64,000 nucleotides of DNA, from positions 186,001 to 250,000 of the forward strand of contig JAUFOQ010000002.1 of NCBI GenBank assembly GCA_040285855.1. The letters are read 5' to 3'. A program made the position numbers and the translations under genes. Of this stretch, positions 13,939 through 27,654 are shown piece by piece. This DNA comes from Eukaryota sp. GEM-RC1 (taxonomy: Eukaryota). Positions within the stretch are counted from its first letter, which is position 1. Every line of letters begins with the position of its first letter. The notes under the pieces were generated by a model. That model made no database searches. It was not told the origin of the DNA and saw nothing but the letters and a program-made list of their open reading frames with translations.

Positions 13939-14522
13939 CAGGAAAGTAGTCCAAAATTCAAAATTAAAGTAAAGTAAAGTACTTTACTTTACTTTAAGCT
14001 TTACTTTACTTTGATAAATAAAGTTACTTTAAGGACATTAAAGTTGAATCCAATCTCAATTCCTCTCCCATACATTCTCTCCTGAAAATTGAAAATTGAT
14101 TTCCATGACATTCCTTCCTTCCGAACAGCTCCTTCAAGACAGTTCTTCGACTGGCAACCAGCAGAGGAAGTGGTCTTTGTATTTGAGGATGATGACCAAG
14201 AAGTGTCTGATGAAGATCTAGAAGAGAATGAAGAAGATGTGGTCCAAGTTGAAGGAGTGAACCCATATGAAGATGTGGTCCAAGTTGATCCATAGTGAAA
14301 ATGATATATTCTCAAGCTCAACCGCTTTCCATTTTTACATTCCAGTTTTTGGTGAGTTTCTACAATAAAACATATAATAGTGTACTTTTGGTGTCAAAGA
14401 GTTATTTACTGTGCTCAGAAAGCAAAATAAACCAGATTGAGGTTTGTCACTTTACCGTTCCGAAATTTTAAAGTAAAGTAAAGTAAAGTCACTTTATCAC
14501 TTTACTACTTTAGTGAAGCCTG
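13939..14522 (+). mobile_element. Non-autonomous hAT deletion derivative
   Basis: CAGG...AAAGTAGT / ACTACTTT...CCTG ends; AAAGT subterminal repeats; TSD GTCCAGAc/a; acidic transposase tail (FFDW...) resembling the 44811 element; empty site at ~54090. Confidence 0.75.
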
Positions 14523-14717
14523 GTCCAGAATGCCTAACTGGAAATTTTCACCTACCTTATCCTCATAATGTCTGCCAAGAGATAATAAAGCGCTAGATAC
14601 AGAAGTCACCATACCTTTAAAGACAGCAAATACAATTCGACTTTTCCAAAATCTAAGATCAAAATTCCTAGATGTTTTTTCTTTTACAAGTTTCACAAAG
14701 ATTTCAAGTAATGATGT

Positions 14718-16717
14718 CAGGGGTCGGGAAAAAATATTTAAATAAAATAATGTATTTTTATATTGCCCAATAAATATTTTTTCAAAATATACTCTAAAAA
14801 TAAATATTGCAATAAGTAGAAAATTGCAATAAATATTTAAATATTTTATATATAACAGTATCAAAATTTTCCCCTTTTAGGGTCTTTTAGAAATAATTTT
14901 TCTTACATCGTCTTCGTTCCAAAGATCTCTGTTGTACAACAGATACAACTGCTGTTCTAAACTGCTATCTGACAGAGAACATCGGTAATCTCCTAATGTA
15001 TGCTTAGCCCTACTAAACAATCGTTCTAATACATTAGAAGTACCTGGAATCCACTTCAAATCAATGTACTTACTGGTTGGCTTGTCGGGTTGGCCAATCG
15101 AATCAAGTGCACCTTCGAAATTGGTAAGATCTGACTCTTCACTTTCGTCATTGTCGCCATCCTCTTCTTCAATATCGGTTTCTTCCACATCCTCTTTAAG
15201 AAAGGACGCAACACTGGTTTGTTCAGCTGTTGAGAGTCTGTCTTCATGACCATTTAGTATTTTGATGATAGCAGATTCAAACACAGGGCTGTGTTGTTTA
15301 CTGCTAGGATAGCTTGTGTATTGATTCATGGTGGGAAATCTTTGATGAAAAAGTTCCAGTGAAGCGTGAATTTGGTGTAAAGGAATGCTTTCCCGCTGAA
15401 GATAAAGCGTGAGCACATGAAAAGTTTCATATTGTTTCATCAATGTTTTCAAACGTTGCTGTTCACAAAAAGAAGGGACAAATTGAGTGACACTTTCGTC
15501 AAAGAGATCAAAGGACTTTCTATCAATGTATTGAAAAAATCTCTTCAACATAGCAATGGTAGACCACCATCTTGTAGAATTCCGCCTCAAAGGTCTCAGG
15601 GAAGTGTTGGTTTTCAGAACGAGAGTGTTTTTGATATGTCTCAATTGAGTGAAAAGATCATCAAGATCTTTCAAAATGGGATCTAAATCACCAGAAAATT
15701 TCTTGACTTCATTTGCAAATCTATGCGAAGCACAACCAATCAAAGGTATACACAGTATGTCTGCAAGACGGGTGTTGGTAGCACAGCTGTCTCCAACGAG
15801 AAACAGTAAGTCATCTACAGTTTTGTCATACGCTGACAACACAATAGCGATATTTTCTTTGTATTGGTCGGCACCAAATACAACGTTGGATGATTTAAAT
15901 GGACTGCTCTCGTCATAAACCTCGTCCAGTTCGAACGGAAACAGAGATAGTAAAACTGGTCTACTCTTCTGCGGAAAGCACGCAAACATCCCAACGAACT
16001 CTGTGGTTCCTGTTGGGTGCTTCCATCCGTCAAACATCAGTCCAAATTCCTCAGGCAACAACTGGGCTACCTTAGCACAAACTTCGGTGTACAAGAGTCT
16101 CATGTACTTCACCAATGTCTTAACATCAATTGGGTCAAGATTGCAGTTTTTTTGAATCATTGGATCTTGAACAAATGTAAATGCCATTTGATTCTCAATA
16201 CACCATTCCAGCCATCGGAAAATGTTGTGCGGCTTGTCTGGCAAAACAGGTGTTAAGAATCGACTGATGGTTGCGTTGTTTTTGGCGGCGATCATTTCTT
16301 CGTTGAAGTTTGGGTGGCATTTGTGTACGTGTGGCATAAAATTGGAATTATCCAGTTCTTGGCTGAATATACAGGGGGAATCATGTTGGGACAAAGACGA
16401 CATTGCCAAGCTTCTTTGTGTTCAGGGCAGTTGTTTGGGGTTGGAGTAACCTTCCGAAAGTAGAATTTGGCCGTATCCTTAGGCTTGAGAGACATAGCAA
16501 GAAGAGAATAGTTGAAATGAACTTCACATCTTCTGTTATGTATCATTTTCTTCATCTCAACAAATCATTTATTTTTACTCCAAAAAATAAATATTGCAAT
16601 AAATACAGTATTGCAAAAGATTAAAATAAATATTTTTTATCTACGTGTACAAAAAATAAATATTTTTCATGAAAAATATTTAAATATTGCAATATAAATA
16701 TTTTTTCCCGACCCCTG
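14718..16717 (-). mobile_element. hAT DNA transposon
   Basis: TIR CAGGGGTCGGGAAAAAA; perfect 8-bp TSD AATGATGT (14710-14717, 16718-16725). Confidence 0.93.
14877..16495 (-). CDS. hAT-family transposase (one frameshift near the 5' end)
   Basis: WQCRLC...H..H zinc finger split by frameshift; FDGW, VGDSCATN, GCASHRF, TRW, GTSNVLERLFS. Confidence 0.88.
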
Positions 16718-16925
16718 AATGATGTTGCAGATAAATGTGCTTGATGAGACAATGAACCTCCACTCCAAAAATAGTATTTGTAAATACATTTAGATCATCC
16801 GGAAACAGGGCTTTTTATAAAATCAAACGACATCGGAACGGATAAAAAAAATCAGTACGTATCAAAGATTCGCGCACATTGGGATGAACAAATTTGAAAC
16901 GTGTAGAATTTCCTGCACTCTCTCT

Positions 16926-17186
16926 ATGATCATCCTTTTCCAATTTGAACAATGCCCATATTGCAAGAAAGTTCGGGACGTTTTTGCCCAAAAAGAAATT
17001 CCTTATGAAATTAACGAAGTGTTTGGTAGTTTTTCATCTCATCTTAGGCCCATGACCCGTGAAGCGGACATCAGGAAACAGTTGCATGAAAAGACAGGAA
17101 TCTGGACAGTCCCTGTAATCAAGACCGAAGAAGGTGAATACATTGGTGGATCTGACAATGTTATCCAATACGTTGAAAGGATGTGA
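16926..17186 (+). CDS. Glutaredoxin
   Basis: CPYC active site, TVP cis-Pro motif, IGGSD. Confidence 0.9.
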   Translation: MIILFQFEQCPYCKKVRDVFAQKEIPYEINEVFGSFSSHLRPMTREADIRKQLHEKTGIWTVPVIKTEEGEYIGGSDNVIQYVERM

Positions 17187-17262
17187 TCTGTAAATACCGC
17201 TGTAAATGTTGTAGATATCCTGACCGCAGTACAAGAGACGAGTATCTTGTTTTCAATACAAA

Positions 17263-18586
17263 ATGTCTTCGGTTGTTGTTTTAAAGATTGGTTCCTTTGA
17301 ATGTGGTATTTCAGGACGCCACGCTAATCTTGAGGAGTGGTTCTCAATGAGAAGCATAGTTCTCCCTGCTGAGCATCCAAATGGTCGACCTCTTTTCGGT
17401 GAAGCTGCTTTAGGAAAGGAAAACAATATTCGACCAATTACAGAACGTAGCCTAAACAAGGAGTACTTTATTTCTTTACTACAGGAAATTTTACGTCGAT
17501 CAAAGGTCAAAGATTTAACCAATCAATGTGTTATTACAAACGACGTCGAAATTCCATCTCAGAAAAGCCAAGAAGAACTGGCCGAATGTCTGTTCTCAAA
17601 CTTTGAAGTAAAAAGTCTCCTGATTGTGCCACAACAGTTTGCGTCTGGATTTGCCTTCTTCAAAACAAACCACGCCCAATTCCCCCCTTATCAACATCTG
17701 TACAGGACACTTTGTGACAACTATTTCATGCGTCAACTTCGATCAACAAAACAAACAGTTTTCTTTTGAATCTCCACTCTTGTTATCACCAGGATTCTGG
17801 CATGCAAGTAAAGCAATGCAAAAACTCTACAGTCAACTGGACAACCATCCACCCCACCATACTATCCTAAGAAGAGAATCCATTGGAGAGGGGAAGCCAA
17901 ATCCCTCCGCTGTAGAAAGAGGTCCTGTTGTACCAGAAGTTCCCATTTATGACTGTTTTGAAGAGGCTTTTCTTTTGAGAGCCAAAGTGATGAGCAGACG
18001 GCCCCATGAGTCATCAAACTTTGAAGAGGCTGGAACTGTTTCGTTACTTTCCCATAAAGGCAGACAAGTTGATCTGGGAAAAACCCCCTCATTGGCTTGC
18101 GAGGTCTTTTTCAAACAAGAGTTCCAAACTTTACGGCCAATTCCTGACAACGTCATTGAACTTCTACAAAACTCTCCAAATGAATGTTCAAATAACATCA
18201 TTGTAACTGGCGGTATTGCTCGAACTGATGGCTTTGTTGAAAGACTGTTGACAGAATTGTCTGAGAGGAGACCTGGAGTGAAAGTGATTCATGCGTTGAA
18301 ACACGATGCTGATGCATGCGGAAAGGAAATCAGAAAAGCGTTGGTAATGATGGCTAAAGAATATGGAGGTTTAGAAGCAGCCAACAATGGACATTCTCAT
18401 TGGGTTCTTCGTAGTGAATTTGAACAGAACAAAAGTATTTTGCATGAAAAGGGATTCGCAATACCAAACTGTGATTTTCAGAATGTGCTTTTGGAACCAA
18501 CAGTTGAAGGAATGCACCCTAGTGCTAAGGTAGGAGAGAGCGGAATGTTACAGGAGCAGACAAGAGGAGCAGGAATATCTTCATAG
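17263..18586 (+). CDS. Divergent actin-related protein (frameshift ~17690)
   Basis: VVLKIGS..CGISG, ELAECLFSNFEV, ACEVFFK, NIIVTGG...GFVERLLTEL, WVLRSEF actin-fold motifs. Confidence 0.75.
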
Positions 18587-18781
18587 TCTTTTGCGATAAA
18601 TGAACTTGTGTTTTTCAGATTAAGAAGAGATTTTTCACATAGTATAGGTGGGGTGTAGCACAGAAAAGGAAACAATGAACAAAGTTCTAGTTGAACTTGG
18701 TGAGAGAATCATTTTGAAAGCAGAAAGGGCGGCAAATCTTGAAGTCAAGTTGAGTCTTTTTCACTTACAAAATCCTTCTTC

Positions 18782-20118
<1,337 letters not shown>

Positions 20119-20184
20119 GTCTTTTAGTTTCACATAAACCTTTTGTAATTTAAGATGTTTTGCTTTATTAAGCTCAGGATAACA

Positions 20185-20559
20185 CTATTTTTTACCTGCT
20201 TTATCCCTCAAAGTGTGTGATCGTGATGGCATCTTCTTTCCATGAACCGTTGAAACGTGGGAACGATGCGTGGAGTCTGTAAAGTCAGTTGTTTGTTGTT
20301 CTACAGGACCCCAATGAGTAGTGTTAGGCCATGCCTCTTTTGTTTCTTCGCCTTCTGCAAATTGGGGAGGTCGAGTACCCTCCAATTCTACTGACACGTG
20401 TTCAATCTCATCTATATAGATTTTCCTGTTCAAATGATCAATGAAGTACTCACTCTGTCCTTCTCGGTGAACAGGATGTTGATAGGATCTTGTTGGATGA
20501 TCAGGATTGTATTCTTTTATCCACTTAGAGTCCTTTCCTTTTACTAGTGCAAACCGCAT
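20185..20559 (-). CDS. Hypothetical protein, 124 aa
   Basis: ATG-initiated ORF convergent with tubulin; no motif recognised. Confidence 0.55.
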   Translation of the reverse strand: MRFALVKGKDSKWIKEYNPDHPTRSYQHPVHREGQSEYFIDHLNRKIYIDEIEHVSVELEGTRPPQFAEGEETKEAWPNTTHWGPVEQQTTDFTDSTHRSHVSTVHGKKMPSRSHTLRDKAGKK

Positions 20560-20708
20560 TGAAGAATGAGAGGAGAGAATTAGATATCCTAAAGATATAT
20601 CGAATTGAAGATGTCTTATCTAGACCAGGTTGCTAGGTTTTTACTGTTTGTAAGCATACTACAATGGAAGTGTGAATAGCAAGGACTCTCAAAAACAGTG
20701 GTAATTTT

Positions 20709-21107
20709 TAGTGTTGCACGAAACATGTGAAAATTCCTGTGGAACCGCGTTTCCGTTTCCGAAACGTCATTTTATGGTCATGTTATGTTTCTACATCTCA
20801 ATTTTTCTCCATCAACATCTCTTCGAAAAAATTCGGTTTAACTGGTATAAATGATTTTTATCAGTTCTTTGTTGTATGTGCAGGTGTTATACATGTTCTT
20901 ATGGATTGTACTTCCCAATGTTATAAAATTTAGACAGAAAATTGGATCAAAAACTACAGTTATGCCAGCAAGTGTTTTCGTTTTAGTGGTTTGCTACTGT
21001 GTATCCAGTTTTATTGATAACATTCATATAAAGAACAATTAACAGAACATACTTTTCAATAAATTAAACGTAATCATCAAGTTTTAGAAACGTTTCGTGC
21101 AACACTA
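20709..21107. mobile_element. hAT-type MITE
   Basis: TIR TAGTGTTGCACGAAAC; 8-bp TSD GTAATTTT/GTATTTTT (1 mismatch). Confidence 0.85.
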
Positions 21108-21180
21108 GTATTTTTAGGTGTTCTAGGAATTCCTGACCCACAACCAAAGTAACTCATTCTGTCCTTTGGGTAATATTAAA

Positions 21181-21854
21181 TGATACCTGAATAGGTAGAC
21201 ATGCGAGGGGAAAGGAAAAGCGTTTTTTATATACACAAACAAATAGAGATCAATAGAGATCATCATAAAGGAGATAATAAAGGAGATAATAATTCCGCTA
21301 CATCATCATCTCAAATTCATGATTCAGTTACAAAGAGACTGTTCAAAATCCCTAAATGATGCTTTGAAGAGATAAAATGACAACCTTCACATCCAGTAAC
21401 TTTCATTAAAAATTCTTTCCATAGTGCTTACACAGTTTGCCGAAAGATGTGAGAAATGTGTGCCCGATAAAGCGAAGCGTTACGTAAAGAGAATTAACAA
21501 AAGGATGTAAACCAAACCGATCGAAAGACGGATTGTTTCGACGAGAATTCACGGTAATTAATTCACGATAACACCTATTCTGTTATTTTCATCAGTGTGA
21601 TGAGCTGAAATTTTGATAACAAAAGTGGAGTTACAATGATCGACTACATCAAAGTCCATAATTATTTCTTGACCAAATCACTATACTTGACTCTCATACT
21701 AGTATAAAACTGGTTCGATTTTTCCATGAAAACCATTGCTTTTAAACAATTCTAAACATTGATCACGTAGACAGACAAGTTTAATTGATAGTATAATTTA
21801 TAATTGGCTACACTTTACTTCAACACTGCCACATCATAACACCTGTGGTCAACA
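21181..21854 (-). mobile_element. Probable solo LTR related to the Gypsy element at the window end
   Basis: Both ends match 61279-61382 (TGATACCTGrATAGGTAGACATGC... and ...CAACACTGCCACATCATAACACCTGTGGyCAACA); no TSD seen. Confidence 0.7.
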
Positions 21855-22530
21855 GAAGGACTTGATGTTGATATCTCCTTCGCGTTCTAAATAAATCAAA
21901 TAGTTGATCCTAAAAAGTGTATTTTTTATGTTGTTTCATTCACAAACGTATATTGATGTCAATATTGTGGTATGTCTCTTTTGATCAAACTTGTTGTGTT
22001 ATGCTTTACAACTCAAAAACAACAAAATCTTAGACATTACAGAAAGTTTCTTGAAAATGGATGTTATTACGACAAAACTTAAGATAAACTATCCAAAAGA
22101 AATAGCAATAGATCATAATACTATTCAATGTCACGACCTTTGTATTGTTGAATTGAGTTGTTTGACTTTGTTAAATTAAAAAGTAAAACATGTTAAATTA
22201 ATAAGTTAAGAGTACTAGCATAGTCCTTCCTAAATCTGTAAAAAATCTCTTTAGAATTCAAACAAAGATATTTCAAAACCAATAAAGGAAATTCTTTAGA
22301 AAGAATGAGGGACACTTCATATACATAAAAGGAATAGTCCTTTTGCATTCAATCAAAGAATTCTCAAGAATGTAAAAGTCCATTGCAAACCCTACTTACA
22401 CACTACAAATTGGAGGAAAAAACAGAGCAAAACACAATGTTCAAAGGCCCCCGTTGATAGACTTTTCTAAACTAGTAAGGTTTAGAAACCCCAGCAAGAA
22501 GTCAAGAGAAGTCTACAACCCTCCAATACC

Positions 22531-23748
22531 TCATCGAGTAAAGGCCGTAACCATGGGTCTCAACTCATTTGTCCCTTGGGAAGATCTCTCAGTGTTAACA
22601 CGAGAATTAACAGGCGAGGTTTCAGCTACACTTGGTTTTTTCTTCTTTTTCAACACAGATCGTCTTCCATTTGAAATCTCTTCCGCTATTATTGTTACTC
22701 TATTTCTATCCGGAGGGTGACTCTGATTCCAGAGATAGGACACGTCATCAGCAGACAACGTGACTTTACTTGACTCAATCAAATTTGATTGACTTTGAAC
22801 CACTTGTTGTAGCTCATATTTCAAATGATCAATTTCTTGTTCGAGTGCTCTGTTTCGAGACCTCAAGTTCATTATAGTTTTGTCATGTCTTGATTTCGAT
22901 TCAGCCACATAATTATCAAAATCCTGTTTGGTTTTCTTCAAAACATAATTCAAACGACTGTTTTCCTGTTCGTAATGGATGTTCTCATTTTGAAGAGACT
23001 CAACTTTCTTCTTACATGATATGAAACCACTTAATCTTTCAGTGGTGGCTCCTTCGAGTAGCTCATTCCAACGCCTTCTCTCATCAGCTTCAGCTTGGAT
23101 TTTCTCCATTTTCAGAATCATATCTTTGTTTTCTTCTTCTTCTGATTTTAATTTTTCTTTAAGTTGATGATTTGACGCAAGAGTAGCTTTTGCGATCGGA
23201 CCCAAAATTTGAATAATTTCAGCCTTTTGAGCTTCCTCTATCGTGTGAATCTTATCACGATACTCTTCGCCTAATAAATATTTTGCCTGCAAAACTTCCT
23301 TTTTCAACAGGTCAATCTTGGTCTCATACTGTCGACGCTGATCCTCCAGTTCCTTCTTCAAAAACTCCACTTCCTGTTGCGATTTAATGTGCTGATACTC
23401 AAGGGCAGCGTAGGAGTCGAGTTTAGCTTGCATTTGTTGTAGTTCGATTTTGAGCAACCTAGATGACTGGTCGCTCTCTTCTTGTTTTGTCTGAAATTGA
23501 GTTTCTAAAAGAAGAAGATCTCTTTCATGAATTTCTTTGAGTTGAAGTATGTCCTGTTCTAGGGAAGATATGGCCTTGTCCTTTTCTGCCATTTGTCGTC
23601 GTAGATAAGTAGTGAGTTTAGAAGATTGCTCATGTTGTTTTCGTAGCTGTTCAAGTTCAGAGATGGCAGACATGGATGTTGTGATGGATGTGGGAGTACC
23701 AGTAACCTTTCGAGTACCCTTTTTGGTGGAAGGTCGAACCATGTGCAA
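22531..23748 (-). CDS. Long coiled-coil protein (possibly flagellar/basal body)
   Basis: 405-aa ORF rich in E/K/Q/L heptads; probable ATG at 23742. Confidence 0.75.
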   Translation of the reverse strand: MHMVRPSTKKGTRKVTGTPTSITTSMSAISELEQLRKQHEQSSKLTTYLRRQMAEKDKAISSLEQDILQLKEIHERDLLLLETQFQTKQEESDQSSRLLKIELQQMQAKLDSYAALEYQHIKSQQEVEFLKKELEDQRRQYETKIDLLKKEVLQAKYLLGEEYRDKIHTIEEAQKAEIIQILGPIAKATLASNHQLKEKLKSEEEENKDMILKMEKIQAEADERRRWNELLEGATTERLSGFISCKKKVESLQNENIHYEQENSRLNYVLKKTKQDFDNYVAESKSRHDKTIMNLRSRNRALEQEIDHLKYELQQVVQSQSNLIESSKVTLSADDVSYLWNQSHPPDRNRVTIIAEEISNGRRSVLKKKKKPSVAETSPVNSRVNTERSSQGTNELRPMVTAFTR

Positions 23749-24567
23749 TGGTCTTATTAGCGAAGAGAGGATTCAGTAACCGAATTTTGATTTTAAGAAC
23801 CAACAACCCTGCTGTCACGTAATGGTGTCATGACAGTTATTACATAATTACACCCATAGTTTGAAAATAGACGTAGATTATTGCCAAATGTAGTTAAATT
23901 TGGAGCAGGAAAGCCGAAAAATATATTGTAGTGCATCATATTACAGTACATGTACCTGAAGGTATTATTGCAATACATATCGTCTCTGTTCCAGTTATAC
24001 AATACACGTATTGAAAAATTGGATTTAGTGCAGAAATTGAACTCGTGTAATTCACAGAACAAATTGGTTCTTGTGTTCTTAGACTCTGTGCGGCAGTAGA
24101 GAATATGACTATACGATCTTATGAAGATCCAAATTGACATAAAGATTCTAAATCTTCATGACTTCATGTCAAAACTCCAATGCAAAAACAGTCGCGGATG
24201 ATCTTATATATTGGAAAGTCGCCTTCGTCTTCACTGGTCAAGAATGTACAGTTGGATATCCCCACATTTTTGGAAAATTTTGTCTTTGCAATTACAACAA
24301 ACAACATTGATCCACTTGAAAAAGCAAAAGATGATTATAAACCAAAAAAACAAGAGCTTAATATCTATTATAAAGCCTTGAGCTAACAGAGTGAGATGAG
24401 CAAAGAATAAAGGCTTAATTGAAAAAACAGAAGATAACGTTACCTGCTCATAAAACAATAGAGTGTACCAGCATATTCATCTAGCAAGATATTCTATGTG
24501 AAACATCTGACGGTCGTTTGGTGACGATATGTGATGCATCAATGCAAGTCCAAAACCAAATCTGACA

Positions 24568-25590
24568 ATGCAACATTTTCCTCTCCCTATGTCAAAATCA
24601 GAGTTTTATAACGGTTTGCATTTTCGTGTGGTTTTAGAAGACGTTCGAGTCTCGGATATTCCTATTCTTGATCCTAGTTCTGGTTTGCCTGATCCTTATG
24701 TCGTCTTCAATTTCGATCACACTCAAGTGAAGACTGATGTCATCAAGCAAACCTGTAACCCCGTTTACAGCAATTTCCGCGAAGAAACCAATGTAGAGTG
24801 TCCCTCTCACGAGCTGCTCCCCTCCCGCCAATTGTCCATCGAAGTATGGGACAAGAAAACATTTGCAAAGGACAAAATGGTCTGTTATGGAGTAATTGAT
24901 TACAAGAGTCTCGCTCTTGGCCCCCGCTCCAATATTCTTAATCTTGTTTTGGCCGACAACCAGAGTATGATGGCTGGAACTATCTCGTTTTCTATCCGCT
25001 TTGAAGAAATTGAAACTGCTCGATTCAACTTCAAGAAGGTCAATCTCAAGGTAGGAGAAATCACCGGTAGTGAGCGCCGCTACAATCTTTGGGTTAAGAT
25101 AATTCTCCAGCACAAACACGCCGATCGACATGCTCCCACCATTGGATCTCGCCTCAAAGGATGCTTCACCATGGGCTCTAGTGTTAAAACTGTTACTCAA
25201 AGAAACACCGCTGTTGGAAAATGGGACGAGATTCTTCGACCCCTGCGCTTCCGTGAATGTACTCTTGCTCATTACATTGACCATGAATTGATCATTAAGG
25301 TTATGCACCGCACTTTCACAGGAGTCTCACGCCACATTGGTACTGCTAAAGTAGATTTGGCCAAGAACTTTCCAAGATCAACATCTAATACTATTTCGTT
25401 TTCAACTCAAATTAATAGTACTTCATCTGGAAACAAGCTCGGATCCCTTTCGTGCACCGCAGAAACCTTTGACTTCCCTGTGTATGGTCAGTTAACTGAC
25501 GGTGTTCGTAACATTAACGGTACCTTTGGAACTCTTCTTCACTCATCTATTGAGAAACCTTATAATTTCAAGGGTAAGATGAAGAAGTAA
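24568..25590 (+). CDS. Tandem C2-domain protein
   Basis: D.SSGLPDPYV, KT.VIKQTCNPVY, IEVWDK...D; second degenerate C2. Confidence 0.85.
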   Translation: MQHFPLPMSKSEFYNGLHFRVVLEDVRVSDIPILDPSSGLPDPYVVFNFDHTQVKTDVIKQTCNPVYSNFREETNVECPSHELLPSRQLSIEVWDKKTFAKDKMVCYGVIDYKSLALGPRSNILNLVLADNQSMMAGTISFSIRFEEIETARFNFKKVNLKVGEITGSERRYNLWVKIILQHKHADRHAPTIGSRLKGCFTMGSSVKTVTQRNTAVGKWDEILRPLRFRECTLAHYIDHELIIKVMHRTFTGVSRHIGTAKVDLAKNFPRSTSNTISFSTQINSTSSGNKLGSLSCTAETFDFPVYGQLTDGVRNINGTFGTLLHSSIEKPYNFKGKMKK

Positions 25591-25779
25591 GTCGGATGAA
25601 TGTAAGTTTTTGATTTTTTGTAGATAAATCGGTTTGAATATTGAATACATGTAATATCATGTTGTTCTTGAAAGCAGTTCTTTCTTTGACTGGTCTCATT
25701 CTACACAAGGTGTTCAATTAAATCCCGTGTTCATGGTTGATTAGTGCACTGCACTAAAGTAATTCTCTTCACCCATAAG

Positions 25780-27384
25780 ATGCTTATCGCCCTTACCGTT
25801 TCCTACTTACCTCTGTTTCTGTCGTCAGTTTTCGCCACTGCCAGATTTACCACATTCTTTTCCTATCAGCTACAGCTCTTTCTTTTATCTTTCGCACTTC
25901 TGTTCAAGCATTTGAAATTTCATTCCTTATGCTTGACTCTTTCTGTTTGCGCAGGTGTGTGTATTACCTTCTGGAACTTCATCCGGCTACCACTACCCCT
26001 CTTTCTTCTAGTCGTCGTTCTTCTCTGTTTCCTTTTCTACATCGGACCCTATCTTCTTGCTTCTAGCCTTCATCCCAGACTTCACTTTGGTATTTCCTTC
26101 CCTATTTTCTTCTCTCTATCAACCCTTATCGTCCGTGTCTTCTCCCCTTGGGCAACCCAAGGAATTCCTCCTTTAGCCTCTGCTGGATCCCTATACGTTC
26201 CCTTCGCATCCCTATTTGGAATCGACGGTCTCTCTTACATCTCATCCTTTGTCCCTTGCTTTATCGCAATGTGGTTGATCCACTACCTCTCCACCTCCAG
26301 ACCCTCTTTCATTCAAAAGATCACTGATTCTCACTGGGCTGAGTCTTCCTTTCCCTCTTCTCTTCTCCTCATCCTTGCTTTCTTAGTTACTTCTCTCTTC
26401 GTTCTCTCTGCTCGCAACTCTATCTTCTTTGCTAACAGTTCTCCCGTTGTAATGACTGCGGGAGTTGTTCTCCCAAGGTTTGCTACTCCTGAAGACCTTT
26501 CTCTGCTCTTGGAATTTGAACGCCAGTCCATTCAATGGGCATTTAATGTTTCTGAATCAACTGTTGGTAATGCTGAAATTCTTGTTTGGTCAGAGTCGAT
26601 GATTAATGTTTCTATTTATAGTAACGGTGTTAACACGGAGGAAGAGCTCTTCAACGCTGCTTCAAAGTTTTCTCTTCAACATGGGATCTATTTGGTTGTT
26701 ACTTACCACTTGACTTCCAGAAATGAAGATTTATCAATTTTAAATGTTACTAATAATTTGGCTGTTTTCGATCCAAAAGGACATCACCGAGGTACCTATG
26801 TTAAGCTCAACACTGTGTTTGTAGTTGAGAATCACATCACCCCGTCAACTCCTGAAACTAAACCTTTAATACTAGAGACTGAACACGGGGTTTTTGGTTT
26901 CCTTATATGCCATGATTTGGACTTTCCCTCTTTTGTTCATCATCTATCAAATGTTGACGTGATTTTTGCCCCTGCTTGGGATCAACGACTCTGGGCTAGG
27001 AATACTTTTGGTTCAACTCTGCGTGCAGCTGAACTAGGATTGTCTGTAGTTAGAGTTACTTTCGGAGGTTGGAGCGCCGTAGTTCAACACGATGGTCAAC
27101 ACGTCTATGGTTCTTCTCATTTCTCATTTCCCTTGGAGAACAGCTGTCCAGAGTTTGTTGAAGCTATGTCCCCTGGTGGTTGTACTACTGCTGGAGTTGT
27201 GACCTTTACTACACCTGTTCCAGTCAAGAAAGTGACTACGTTGTACGGTATTATTGGTCCTCTCCCTGTGTATTTGTTCTTTGTGACTCTTGCTGTTTTG
27301 GTGGTGGGGTTGTGGTATACCACGAAACCTAGTTTTAGTCAAGATGAGAATGTTCCACTGTCAGGGGATGCGGTTTACCACTAG
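25780..27384 (+). CDS. Membrane nitrilase-fold protein, apolipoprotein N-acyltransferase (Lnt)-like
   Basis: Multiple N-terminal TM helices, ASLFGIDGLSY, E-K-C triad (VWSES, YVK, LICHDLDFP), RAAELG, TLY...G, C-terminal TM helix. Confidence 0.82.
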   Translation: MLIALTVSYLPLFLSSVFATARFTTFFSYQLQLFLLSFALLFKHLKFHSLCLTLSVCAGVCITFWNFIRLPLPLFLLVVVLLCFLFYIGPYLLASSLHPRLHFGISFPIFFSLSTLIVRVFSPWATQGIPPLASAGSLYVPFASLFGIDGLSYISSFVPCFIAMWLIHYLSTSRPSFIQKITDSHWAESSFPSSLLLILAFLVTSLFVLSARNSIFFANSSPVVMTAGVVLPRFATPEDLSLLLEFERQSIQWAFNVSESTVGNAEILVWSESMINVSIYSNGVNTEEELFNAASKFSLQHGIYLVVTYHLTSRNEDLSILNVTNNLAVFDPKGHHRGTYVKLNTVFVVENHITPSTPETKPLILETEHGVFGFLICHDLDFPSFVHHLSNVDVIFAPAWDQRLWARNTFGSTLRAAELGLSVVRVTFGGWSAVVQHDGQHVYGSSHFSFPLENSCPEFVEAMSPGGCTTAGVVTFTTPVPVKKVTTLYGIIGPLPVYLFFVTLAVLVVGLWYTTKPSFSQDENVPLSGDAVYH

Positions 27385-27654
27385 TGAAGTCTCTAGTTGA
27401 CTATCTTATGGGATTTAACACCTCACGTGCTTTTTGTTTTCGATATACTCATAAATTTTCCTTCTAAGCCATTTCTTCTAATTGTTCGAACAGGACACTG
27501 TTCGATTTGAATGACCAATCACATGCAATTATAAAATTGGATATTTCCCTATTAATAGCTATACTTGGAATGATCACAATTTCCATTGAACACTCCTAGT
27601 CCAGAATGAAAAGTGTGATCCTTGAGGAGAACCAGTATTGGCAGGACTTAATTG

